Shown here: positions 9,971-18,718 of the stretch, piece by piece
Position numbering within the stretch: the stretch's first letter is position 1
Layout of the letters: each line of letters begins with the position of its first letter
Source: a virus
Lineage: Duplodnaviria; Caudoviricetes
Strand: one strand, 5' to 3'
Virus record (IMG/VR): IMGVR_UViG_3300046791_000074
Location: 1 to 53,327 of that record
DNA length: 53,327 nt
Made by a program: the position numbers and the translations under genes
The notes under the pieces: model-generated
Told to the model about the DNA's origin: nothing
What the model saw: the letters and a program-made list of their open reading frames with translations, nothing else
Database searches by the model: none

Positions 9971-10233
9971 TACTGAACGCCGCGCGCCGTGTAGGACGAA
10001 AGCGACTTGACGGTGGTAGCAACCGGAACGTTGTCAAGAACCGTCGACCCGGGCGTGGTAGCCGAGGCCGGGTTTCGGATAACGAGCTTCAAACCCGAAG
10101 CGGTCCCTCCACCCACCACCAGCGCGTCGAACGTCTTCCCGGCTGCGTTCCGGTACGAAACCGTCATACGCCCCGCAGTCTTCATCTTGCCGTTCTGCGC
10201 CAGGGCCTTGGTCCTAAGGTTCTGAATCGGCAT
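9970..10233 (-). CDS. Small beta-rich protein, apparent paralog of 52072-52287
   Basis: 87 aa with an AAGGAGG RBS; see findings. Confidence 0.65.
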   Translation of the reverse strand: MPIQNLRTKALAQNGKMKTAGRMTVSYRNAAGKTFDALVVGGGTASGLKLVIRNPASATTPGSTVLDNVPVATTVKSLSSYTARGVQ

Positions 10234-10285
10234 CTCGCCTCCTTATATAAACACGGTCTCCCGAGAAGCAAAGACCACAGGGTGG

Positions 10286-10651
10286 CTATTGGTTGTAAGC
10301 CTGGTTCGCAGCTTCCTCGGCATCGGCCTGCATCTGCCGAACCATCTGGTCGAGGGGGCTGTCTGCTCGGTGCGTCTCTTTTCCCATCGGGCCAAGCACC
10401 CGATCGATCACGTACTTGCCGGCATCGAGCCGAAGTCGTTCAGAGCTGCCACGAAGGGCGATGTTCACCATCTGCATCGCGACCTGTGCCGCGTTCTCCT
10501 TGAACAGCCTGAACGTCAGCATCTCGTGCGTCTCGTCGGGATGTGTCTGCCGCTCCATCGCCAACGCACCCGCGATAGCCTCTTCATTGACAAATCCATC
10601 CGGGAGCATCTCACCCGTGCCGCGGAAGTCGTCGTCCTCTGAGTCCCTCAT
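10286..10651 (-). CDS. terS: Terminase small subunit (putative)
   Basis: First gene of the late arm; helical SERLRLDAGKYVIDRVLG motif. Confidence 0.65.
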   Translation of the reverse strand: MRDSEDDDFRGTGEMLPDGFVNEEAIAGALAMERQTHPDETHEMLTFRLFKENAAQVAMQMVNIALRGSSERLRLDAGKYVIDRVLGPMGKETHRADSPLDQMVRQMQADAEEAANQAYNQ

Positions 10652-10671
10652 GGTACACCTCCTATCCTCTT

Positions 10672-10702
10672 ATTATACCGTATCCACGCTCTTGCCTAAC
10701 AA
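10672..10702 (-). promoter_or_regulatory. Putative promoter for the terminase operon
   Basis: Minus strand TTGTTA-N19-TATAAT, then AGGAGG upstream of 10651. Confidence 0.55.
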
Positions 10703-10974
10703 CCTATGGTAAAAGAAGGTATCACAACCGCCTTGAGTCTCTCACCGACGGCGACGAATTATTATACGAGACCGAGCGACGTCGGTTGGACTAGGTAACA
10801 CATTAGGTGAAACCCATGGCGCGGTTACCGTACGGGTTCTAGGTAGGTGCGGGTCCCCTACACGAATATAGTTACGTAGTATGCACTACATGTAGGCGTG
10901 CCTACCGTACCGGAGCCTACCGTACCGTAGGGGAGGGTGGGGTATGGGGGTGGGTAGGCCGGTAGGGGGGCCTA

Positions 10975-11060
10975 CTTAAGTAAGTCTTACGTAAGAGCTT
11001 AGGCTGGATTTACGCATATAACTTAGGCTAGGTTTAGGGTGAGCTTAGGCTGGATTTACA
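10975..11060 (+). repeat. Array of YTTASR repeats phased at about 11 bp, including a 19-bp direct repeat
   Basis: Units at 10975, 10986, 10998, 11009, 11022, 11033, 11044 and 11055; GAGCTTAGGCTGGATTTAC at 10995 and 11041. Confidence 0.8.
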
Positions 11061-11068
11061 AGATCCTG

Positions 11069-11077
11069 TGTTATAAT
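11069..11077 (+). promoter_or_regulatory. Extended -10 early promoter
   Basis: TGtTATAAT upstream of the GAGGAG RBS and the ATG at 11120. Confidence 0.65.
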
Positions 11078-11119
11078 TAAGGTATAAGAAAAACACCAAC
11101 ACTACACGAGGAGCGCATC

Positions 11120-11437
11120 ATGGACGAGCAGGCCACCACCACCGAAATCAACATCCGGGACTTCTTTGGCGACACGGTCACGGGGTACGGGTTGATCAAG
11201 GGGACCAACAAGGCCCTCGCCAGCCTGGGCGTCGAGAAGGTCTTGCCGGGCCCCATGGGCTACACGTACCTGAAGAAGGGTTACGTGGTCGAGGGAGTCA
11301 AGGACATCAAGTCCTGCACGGGCGACCAGGCGGCCGAGTGGGCCAGCAAGTACATCGCAAAGCTGGTCCTGAAGGCACAGAGCGTCCCGGTGAACGAGAT
11401 GCAGGAAGCACTGGACGCCCTGAACGACGAGGCCTGA
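11120..11437 (+). CDS. Putative HTH DNA-binding protein
   Basis: Good RBS; PGPMGYTYLKKG motif similar to those in 18116-18718 and 20110-20292. Confidence 0.65.
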   Translation: MDEQATTTEINIRDFFGDTVTGYGLIKGTNKALASLGVEKVLPGPMGYTYLKKGYVVEGVKDIKSCTGDQAAEWASKYIAKLVLKAQSVPVNEMQEALDALNDEA

Positions 11438-11441
11438 GCGG

Positions 11442-11485
11442 CTAAGGTGAGTGAGTCACTCAAGTGAGTGACTCACTTGCCTTAG
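11442..11485 (+). terminator. Long inverted repeat, terminator-like
   Basis: AGTGAGTCACTCA/TGAGTGACTCACT plus an outer CTAAGG/CCTTAG stem, directly after the stop codon. Confidence 0.55.
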
Positions 11486-11737
11486 ACACTCAGTCTAGAC
11501 GAGAGGTAGGGATCATGCGACACGAACGGATTGATCAGGCCATAGAGAAGTACGGGAAGGGGTTACTCACACTTCCCGAGTTCGTCGAGGAGGTTACCCT
11601 CGCCTTCGCAGTGTTCGACTGTGACTGCCTAGGGTGTTCGGTATAGTCGGGACCTAGGTGGACCTGGAGGTTGGTACCTCAGAAGGGGTGCCTTCCTCTA
11701 GGGCCACCAGGGTCCTAGAATACCACAGGGAGTCCTC

Positions 11738-12217
11738 ATGAGACTGGTTCTCACGTCCGCCTTCGTCGCTTCGGCCATCGCGATCGGGACGTTCGGGGTG
11801 GCGCAGGGTGCGAGTTCGACCCTTCCCGCCACTCCTACGGAGAAGCTTTCTACCGGGGCGAGCCTGCTCAGGCACTCGCTTCCGACCACCTACAAGAGCT
11901 GGGCGACCCAAGCCCAGTCGGTCACGATCTGCCGCGAGATGCGGTCGATGCCGACCAAGACCTGGGCCGACTGCCTCGTGGGCCACTACGAGGCGAAGAC
12001 GGGATACCGACTGAACGAGTACGAGTTCACGGCCAACAAGGTCAAGAACACCTTCAAGGTGACCTACTCGAAGATCACACTTCCCAAGGGAGGTCGGGCC
12101 CTCAAGAAGGTCGAGAAGGAGAGCCGCAAGCTCCCGACGAGCGTGTACTTCAAGACGTACGGTCTCGACAACGGTAGCCTGATCCTCGGGTCGAACGGTT
12201 CGTCGTACCAGGAGTGA
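11738..12217 (+). CDS. Exported protein with a signal peptide
   Basis: MRLVLTSAFVASAIAIGTFGVAQGA signal peptide (hydrophobic core ending in small residues); two Cys. Confidence 0.7.
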   Translation: MRLVLTSAFVASAIAIGTFGVAQGASSTLPATPTEKLSTGASLLRHSLPTTYKSWATQAQSVTICREMRSMPTKTWADCLVGHYEAKTGYRLNEYEFTANKVKNTFKVTYSKITLPKGGRALKKVEKESRKLPTSVYFKTYGLDNGSLILGSNGSSYQE

Positions 12218-12289
12218 TGTAGCAGGTAGGTGGGTAGTCGGAGCTACCCACCATCCTGTACCATCAGTCCCTTGACAACTTCACAGTGA

Positions 12290-12661
12290 CTAGGACTCCA
12301 TAGCCTTCCGAACGAGACGCATTAGTTCCGTCTCGACGGGATAGCGAACGGCCTCCTCATCGAGAGCCTGTAGCCAAGCCTCGTTCACATCGTAAACGTA
12401 AGCGGCCTGTTGGAACCTCACCAGGTCCTTGAGTCGAGCGACGGCATGCGGTCCCTTCTGCGAGACCAGGTTACACTTCTTGCAGTAACTATTGGGGCGT
12501 CCGTACTGCTTTCCGGTCTCAGGATCGCCCCACCAGATGTCCTTGAATGAGCTGATGCCGAACTCTACTTTAGCGGTGTAAAACTCTCCGATGAACTTCT
12601 CTCCCTTGCAGAGTCCGCATCGAACCTTACCGTCCTCGGTCATATCGTTTCTTCTGCTCAT
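12290..12661 (-). CDS. Zinc-finger protein (CxxC...CxxC)
   Basis: CGLCKGEKFIGEFY...SYCKKC; isolated minus-strand gene with its own promoter. Confidence 0.7.
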   Translation of the reverse strand: MSRRNDMTEDGKVRCGLCKGEKFIGEFYTAKVEFGISSFKDIWWGDPETGKQYGRPNSYCKKCNLVSQKGPHAVARLKDLVRFQQAAYVYDVNEAWLQALDEEAVRYPVETELMRLVRKAMES

Positions 12662-12667
12662 ACATCT

Positions 12668-12696
12668 ATTATAGCGTAGTCAACTCTAAATAGCAA
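12668..12696 (-). promoter_or_regulatory. Sigma70-type promoter, probably giving a near-leaderless mRNA
   Basis: TTGCTA-N17-TATAAT ending 6 nt before the ATG at 12661. Confidence 0.7.
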
Positions 12697-13075
12697 CTCG
12701 CGAGGTGAGTGAGACTCGGTTAGACGCCGAGAACGCCGATAACTCTCAATTGAGGAGCAGCCCTAGAAGACCGAGAGATCTATGGACATAGAGATAGTGA
12801 CAGTGGTAGTGACATAGACTAATATACTAATATATATACTACCTATAATATATAAGACCTATAACTAGACTTAACTCGCAAAATTCAGTGTCATTGACAG
12901 GGACCTAAGACCAACGCAGACGCTGGTAGCTAGTAATCCCCAGACGATCAAACGGTCGTAGACGCATCCCTAAATAAGCTTACGCGAATCTTAAGGTTAG
13001 CTTAAGAGAGCCTGAGATATACTTAAAAGAAACACCAAACATCTAATATCCTTACCACACCAACGAGGAGTGCAA

Positions 13076-13249
13076 ATGCACCTCACCGAGCGAGAGATGT
13101 ACATCATCGCGATGTGCCTCGAGAACGCCATCGAGGAGTTGAAGGCGGATCCTTCTCCACACGAGGAGGATCAGATGACCTCGAACAAGTACTACCTCGA
13201 GGTCAAGGCACTGAAGGAGAAGTTCCCGTCCTTCCAGGAGGAGTCGTGA
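13076..13249 (+). CDS. Hypothetical protein (57 aa)
   Basis: MHLTEREMYIIAM... after a GAGGAG RBS; shorter than the ORF-track cut-off. Confidence 0.65.
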   Translation: MHLTEREMYIIAMCLENAIEELKADPSPHEEDQMTSNKYYLEVKALKEKFPSFQEES

Positions 13250-13614
13250 GACTACAACTCAGCGACGGAACATTCATCGACGCGAGTATGCTGAACGGCA
13301 CTTCTCGCAGTTCGAGTCGTAGCAGGGAGAACGCGCCTAGCAAGAGGCAGGTGAAGCAGGGTGGTGGGTCGCTCAAGCGTCACAACAGTCGCTCGTCCTC
13401 CTTCCAAACATCTCAAGGTCGGCTTCCGGCTTGGGGTCACTCGGTCAAAGCATCTTATGCTGACGTCGAGACTGATCCTGAGACTGGTGAGGTCATCAAC
13501 GTTGTACCCAAGGAGACAGCCATCGTTCGTCCCTTGTCTAGAGGGACGAAGTCCTACACATGGGAGCTAGGTGGTAGCACACCTAGCCCATACCGAGGAG
13601 GTAAGGGGCTATGA
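13246..13614 (+). CDS. Hypothetical basic protein
   Basis: GTG start overlapping the upstream stop codon, with an AGGAGG RBS. Confidence 0.55.
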   Translation: MRLQLSDGTFIDASMLNGTSRSSSRSRENAPSKRQVKQGGGSLKRHNSRSSSFQTSQGRLPAWGHSVKASYADVETDPETGEVINVVPKETAIVRPLSRGTKSYTWELGGSTPSPYRGGKGL

Positions 13615-13790
13615 GTGAACTCGCTGCACTGCTGGAGGAGTCCAAGGTACCTAGGAGATGTGAACTCGACCACCGAGATGGTCTTGTCTGCCGGACCAAA
13701 CTCATGTACGTCAGAGAGCTAGGCTGGGTCTGTCCTCAAGCACACGCACATGCCGAGCACGAGACCTTCAGGAGAGGGTGAGCTATCACC

Positions 13791-14057
13791 GTGGCTGACA
13801 ATCCACTGTTCATTACTACCTTCGATGAACGAGTCGAAGAGGTTCGGTTGATCATCTCGGCGCTCTCCTCACATGAGGGCATGTACCTCGAGGCTTGTAC
13901 CGACATGACACTCGAGCCCAAGGTTCGTGCACACTACCTCGAGCTGCACACCAAGGTGTGTCACCTCGTCGAGAAGTACCGGCTCAGCTACCAGATCCTC
14001 ACGGGTGAGCCGCACACCGACATGCAGGACATCGAGACGGAAGGGTTGGAGGGGTAA
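13791..14057 (+). CDS. Hypothetical protein
   Basis: 88 aa, phage-like codon usage. Confidence 0.6.
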   Translation: MADNPLFITTFDERVEEVRLIISALSSHEGMYLEACTDMTLEPKVRAHYLELHTKVCHLVEKYRLSYQILTGEPHTDMQDIETEGLEG

Positions 14058-14210
14058 TGGAGGCCTTTGTTGCTACGTGGAGGCACGGCAAGCCTGCACA
14101 GCTCAAGGCTGCGACTTGGGTTGCGGCTGTGCAAGAGGCACTGCAGGTGGGTCACGAGGACCCGAACCGTGACGAGCTGATCACCATCGAGTGGAAGGAA
14201 GGTCAGTAAC

Positions 14211-14675
14211 ATGAAGCGTACCAAGGTACAGGTCATCGAGAGGCGTATGCAAGCAGCCTACGACACCTACAAAGGTCTCGAGGCCAGCATCAGTAGCCTT
14301 AAGCAGATGAAGCCGCCAGTAACCGAGTGCTTCACCTGTGGTTCACCATTCACATCGGCGTTCGACTTCGACGCACACTACCTGGTCGACGACGAGCGCT
14401 ACCTCAACCTCGGTAACTGCCCGACGAGGTACAACAACAACCGACTGATGCCGGCACTGCACGACAGGTGGGGCTTCAAGGATCTCTGGGACACCGCACA
14501 CGAGGAGAACGAGAGGATCACTGTAGAGCGTAGTCCGGACTTGGGAGACGACATCAGCCTCACGAGGTACATTTGTACTGGGTGTGGGGCGGCTTACCAT
14601 TCCGACGAGGAAAAGGCTACGATCTGTAACAAGTGTACGCTCGAAGCGAGTCGTCGAGACGACATGCGGTACTGA
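14211..14675 (+). CDS. Hypothetical protein with two zinc-ribbon-like motifs
   Basis: CFTC...H...C and CTGC...CNKC. Confidence 0.65.
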   Translation: MKRTKVQVIERRMQAAYDTYKGLEASISSLKQMKPPVTECFTCGSPFTSAFDFDAHYLVDDERYLNLGNCPTRYNNNRLMPALHDRWGFKDLWDTAHEENERITVERSPDLGDDISLTRYICTGCGAAYHSDEEKATICNKCTLEASRRDDMRY

Positions 14676-14913
14676 GGCTCTGCGCTACTTGTTTCTGCAA
14701 CGGAAACCGGTAGTGCTGTACTTCAGAGACCACAGGGAGGTTAAGGTGCGCGAGCTTGTTAGGGCCACGTGGCCTTATCTCGTGTATGCACTACCGACAG
14801 TATGCCTGTTCTGTTCCATAGGCGTACAGAGAGGAGCAGTCTAGTCTACCATGAACTGGCCTAGCTCGAATCCGATCAGAGGGAACCCGCTATCGACCTA
14901 CGGAGGTCCAAGC

Positions 14914-15381
14914 ATGAACGACGAAGAGCTCCTGAAGAAGTACCCGGCTCTGAAGCAAGAGCTGCTCAAGAACTTCGAGGAGGACGACAGCGAGCACCAG
15001 GAAGTCGTCGCCAACATGACCAAGCAGGGCCTGTTGCCGAAGGGCATCACCGCTAAGGCGGAGGCCATCCTTTACGGAGGTGAAGGTCAGCCGACGTTGA
15101 CAGGGACACACCAGGAGATCGTGGACTCGGTGTTCGAGTCGCACTCGTACGGTGGTGAGTCGAAGTTCAAGCACAAGGCACTCGACCATCACTTGATCCT
15201 GATGCAGGTGGGACCTCACTCGGACAGCCCGTGGGTGGTCGTCAACCAGTCGTTCGACCTGGAGGAGATGGAGGAAGCAGTCCATACCCTCGACGAGGAG
15301 ATCGACGGTTACTTCGATCTTCGGCTGGTCACCGTGACCACTCAGGTGCTGGAGGAGGTACCAGTCGATGAGGGTCAGTAA
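14914..15381 (+). CDS. Hypothetical acidic protein
   Basis: Start MNDEELL after GGAGG. Confidence 0.65.
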   Translation: MNDEELLKKYPALKQELLKNFEEDDSEHQEVVANMTKQGLLPKGITAKAEAILYGGEGQPTLTGTHQEIVDSVFESHSYGGESKFKHKALDHHLILMQVGPHSDSPWVVVNQSFDLEEMEEAVHTLDEEIDGYFDLRLVTVTTQVLEEVPVDEGQ

Positions 15382-15634
15382 GATCGAGGGCAAGGAGCTG
15401 GCCGATGGTCAGGATCGCTACGAGCTGGAGAACCTGACCAAGCTCGATGCGATGACGATCATGGACGCCTTGAGAGGCAATCGACAGAACCTGTTGACCG
15501 AGATCAACAAGTCGGCCGCGATGGCTACGGAGACCGACGAGAGTCGGATGCTCGAGGACCTGGCCTTCCTGGGTGAGGTGCTCGGTCGAGTGTGCCGGAT
15601 GGAACTGCTACTGGGAGAGACGGTGGACCTGTGA
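15368..15634 (+). CDS. Hypothetical protein
   Basis: 88 aa with a GGAGG RBS. Confidence 0.6.
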   Translation: MRVSKIEGKELADGQDRYELENLTKLDAMTIMDALRGNRQNLLTEINKSAAMATETDESRMLEDLAFLGEVLGRVCRMELLLGETVDL

Positions 15635-16004
15635 GCCAGAAGGACGTGTTCATCACCATACAGGTGAAGCTGTCTGTTCCTTCAGACGGTGAGTACGACC
15701 AGGAGTCGTACTTCATTCCCATCAAGGAGGTGCTCGAGAATGCGGACATCTGGATGGACGTTGAGTCGGGTCACGTCTTCGACGAGGTTGACTCGATGGA
15801 GGTGACTCATGTCACTCCTCGAAGCCGCAGCGGCAGTTAGCTTCACCATCCTCGCCCTGTGGTCTCTGCTGACCTTGATACGCCGGTCGCCAGGGAGCAC
15901 GATCATGCGAGGCACGTTGGGGAATGTTCGACCTGAACAGACGATCCACGAACGGGATCACGTACGTCGATACCCGTACGACGACGGGCCCATCTGATCT
16001 AAGA

Positions 16005-16060
16005 GTCGAAACGCCGAGAGGCGTCGACCGGAATGGCTACCGGTCCTGAGGAGACAGCCA
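16005..16060 (+). ncRNA. Type II hammerhead ribozyme with pseudoknot
   Basis: GTC-GAA-ACGCC(GAGA)GGCGT-C^-GACCGG(AATGGCTA)CCGGTC-CTGAGGA-GAC-AGCCA: all core nucleotides and all three stems are present. Confidence 0.88.
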
Positions 16061-16072
16061 CAAGGAGAGACG

Positions 16073-16273
16073 ATGTCCAGGAAGTACATGGAAGAGAAGA
16101 AGGCAAAGAAGGCTGCGTTCTCACGAACGAACAAGCGTCGAGGGACGAAGGGTAAGCTGGCTCGCCAGGAAGCCTTGGTGGGCTACTACAAGCGCTACCG
16201 AAACGGTCGCAACATGAACAACCCTGCATACCTCGACCACCTAGCACAGCTGCGAGCCGACGACATGTTCTGA
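16073..16273 (+). CDS. Small basic protein downstream of the hammerhead
   Basis: 66 aa, Lys/Arg-rich, AAGGAG RBS. Confidence 0.7.
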   Translation: MSRKYMEEKKAKKAAFSRTNKRRGTKGKLARQEALVGYYKRYRNGRNMNNPAYLDHLAQLRADDMF

Positions 16274-16353
16274 TCTCACTGGCCGAGTTAGCGGTGTGCC
16301 ACTATAGCCTGAAGCTGTAGGGCGCACTGCTAGTTCTACCAAGGAGGAATGGA

Positions 16354-16914
16354 ATGAGAGCACTACTGTATCGTCCGCACTGGCAGTCGCTTCGGGTCTC
16401 CTTGCTGAAGGAGAACCGGAACGATGGTGGCTGGACGACGATGGAGGGCACTGAGGCCAACCTCAAGACCCTTCTGGACTACAACGTCTGCCCTGACCTC
16501 GCATCGTTCTCTCAGCGTCTCACTGAGGCAGAGGTGATGGGCTACCAGGAGAAGCACGAGATCGATGCGCGCCTCTACCGAACGATCAACTGCCTGAACG
16601 CTGTGCGGATGGGCAACTCAGGAATGGGTACCAAAGGCAGTCGGCAAGATGCCTTGGTGTTGGCTGCACGGAACTTCTACCAGGGTCGGCAGACAGCTAT
16701 GTACCATCAGTACTTGACGTACGCAGCTGTGCGTTGGGACTGGCGAGTGGTCGAGCGTGAGCTCCTGGAGATCTGGGACATGGGTGACTACCAGGGGAAC
16801 TTCGAACACATCGAGACGAACCTGAAGGCAAGGATGAAGGACAAGAAGAGTACGGCTCGACCGGAGCTCTTCACGTTCATGGCGCTGATGGAGAAGGTTC
16901 GTCTCGGTGGCTAA
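16354..16914 (+). CDS. Hypothetical protein
   Basis: 186 aa with an AAGGAGG RBS. Confidence 0.7.
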   Translation: MRALLYRPHWQSLRVSLLKENRNDGGWTTMEGTEANLKTLLDYNVCPDLASFSQRLTEAEVMGYQEKHEIDARLYRTINCLNAVRMGNSGMGTKGSRQDALVLAARNFYQGRQTAMYHQYLTYAAVRWDWRVVERELLEIWDMGDYQGNFEHIETNLKARMKDKKSTARPELFTFMALMEKVRLGG

Positions 16915-17230
16915 GCCGAAGATGCCTTGGGTTCGGATGGCTTGCTTCTTGCCGTTCGCACTGATCGAGGTCGCAGCTAGCTTAGCCGTCCTGGCTACAG
17001 GTATACCGTTCCTGTTCCCGATCAGCATCGCACTACTGCTACTGGCAGGAGTACCGTACGCCAAGTGGTTGTCGAAGCACATCAACGACTCCGTGGCGTA
17101 CGAGTTCAGAGACCACTCACTCAACGAGGGCGAAGAGAAGCCCTGGGAGAGTGAGGACGGAAGTGTCACCGAGGACGAGATGCTGGACATCATCCTCAAC
17201 TCCGACGGACGAGGGAGTATCAACCCATGA
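16907..17230 (+). CDS. Membrane protein
   Basis: Two hydrophobic segments and an acidic tail. Confidence 0.65.
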   Translation: MAKPKMPWVRMACFLPFALIEVAASLAVLATGIPFLFPISIALLLLAGVPYAKWLSKHINDSVAYEFRDHSLNEGEEKPWESEDGSVTEDEMLDIILNSDGRGSINP

Positions 17231-17592
17231 ATGATCAAGTCATCGACCAGGACGGAAATGATCTGAGGATCATGACCGACCACGAGAGTCCGATGTTCAG
17301 TCAGCTGATCGTCGACTGGTTCTCGGGTATGCCCGTCGAGCAGCAGATCGACTGGCTCAAGCTGATCGGTGTGCCGCACGATCGACGTGAGGCTTACATC
17401 CAGGCCATCGCTGGTCGACCGGTCGCCATCAGTACGACGACACCAGCAGCGTTGACGTCAAGCCTTCCGATCATCACTGAGGTCGACATCACACCGACGA
17501 TGGCGATCGAGGGTGCACCGGGACAGGATCGGCCGATGCCTCAGGTGGGCAGTCGTCAGCCGAAGGTCGTTCAGAGCAAGCGCCTGAGCTAG
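17227..17592 (+). CDS. Hypothetical protein
   Basis: 121 aa, ATGA overlap with the upstream gene. Confidence 0.6.
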   Translation: MNDQVIDQDGNDLRIMTDHESPMFSQLIVDWFSGMPVEQQIDWLKLIGVPHDRREAYIQAIAGRPVAISTTTPAALTSSLPIITEVDITPTMAIEGAPGQDRPMPQVGSRQPKVVQSKRLS

Positions 17593-17760
17593 TGCTCGTG
17601 GCATCTTCACGATGTGAAGATGCTACTGGTTCTACCTAAGGAGGAGTCATGGCAAAGTTCCCCAACTGGGATCACAGCGAAGGCATCTACAGGCCTGAGC
17701 CGAACATCTCGGAGCAACTGGATGCAGTTGCCGACCTACTGGAAGAGGAGGAAGAGGACA

Positions 17761-17994
17761 ATGGGTAGCTACAGTCGACTGGTTGAGGCACTGAAGCCTC
17801 ACGTGCAGGAGAAGGACATGCACGACGTCGTTACAGCCATCGAGCTCCTACAGGGTGCGGGTGACGACCTAGGTGACATCGTGTTCATGTGGTATGACGA
17901 ACAGGGTGAGGCCAAGGACGACATGATCGACAAGGCTCGGGCTCACATCCTGAAGCTGCAGAAGGCCATCGACCGGATTGCCATCTCTCAGTAG
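17761..17994 (+). CDS. Hypothetical protein
   Basis: Likely start MGSYSRLV; preceded by a 39-aa ORF at 17649-17768. Confidence 0.55.
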   Translation: MGSYSRLVEALKPHVQEKDMHDVVTAIELLQGAGDDLGDIVFMWYDEQGEAKDDMIDKARAHILKLQKAIDRIAISQ

Positions 17995-18115
17995 AGACCG
18001 ATCCAAAAAGAAATTCGATGTCTCGCGTGATTGCCTATAGGGGCCCGCGCTATAATTAGAATAGAGCGGAATGATAAAGGGTCTTCCGCTTCCGGATCAC
18101 ACAGGAGAAACCATC

Positions 18116-18718
18116 ATGGCACGAAGGAGAGCAACCGTGGACGAGAGCACCGCTGTCGAAGAGGTCGTCGAGGCCGACGAGTCCGGACTCGAGGTCGAGC
18201 ACACCGAGTTCGAGGACGTCGACGTGCCGGCGGAGGACGACGAGGTCGAGGAGATCGCGACCGGCGAGGCCACCGAGGCCGAGGCGAAGCCGAAGAAGGA
18301 GGTCGCGCCGAAGCGTGGCGACCTGCAGGAGGGTGACGTCACCCCGGTGCAGCTGGCCAAGGAGCTCAGCAAGCCGATCGACGGCAACCCCGAGAACGAG
18401 GACCCGAGCAACTGGCGGTACACCAAGAAGACGGACGGCAGCCACGTCGTCGTCCCGCAGATGGTGTACAGCTACCTGAAGAACCCGGGCGACCTGAAGA
18501 TCCGCAACGGCGTGGTCGACAGCAACGGCGTCGCGCGGAACAACATCGTCAACCTCACCGAGGCGCTCGCCTGGTGGGACGCGAAGGCGGAGAAGGCCGT
18601 CGAGCGGGCCGCCAACGCCAAGACCAAGGCGGAGAAGGCGGCCGCGAAGGCTGCTGCTGCTCCGGCCGAGGGTGAAGCTGCCTCCGAGACCAACGGGACG
18701 GTCGAGGAGGCCGAGTAA
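18116..18718 (+). CDS. Acidic N-terminal region plus HTH-like DNA-binding domain
   Basis: TATAAT at 18051, AGGAG RBS, strongly biased codons; VTPVQLAKEL...VPQMVYSYLKNP. Confidence 0.75.
   Translation: MARRRATVDESTAVEEVVEADESGLEVEHTEFEDVDVPAEDDEVEEIATGEATEAEAKPKKEVAPKRGDLQEGDVTPVQLAKELSKPIDGNPENEDPSNWRYTKKTDGSHVVVPQMVYSYLKNPGDLKIRNGVVDSNGVARNNIVNLTEALAWWDAKAEKAVERAANAKTKAEKAAAKAAAAPAEGEAASETNGTVEEAE

Noticed and set aside
14728-14740. ACCACAGGG as merely part of a ribosome-binding site
   Set aside because: A few copies do overlap an RBS, but most lie inside genes or antisense to them, so RBS function cannot explain the family.
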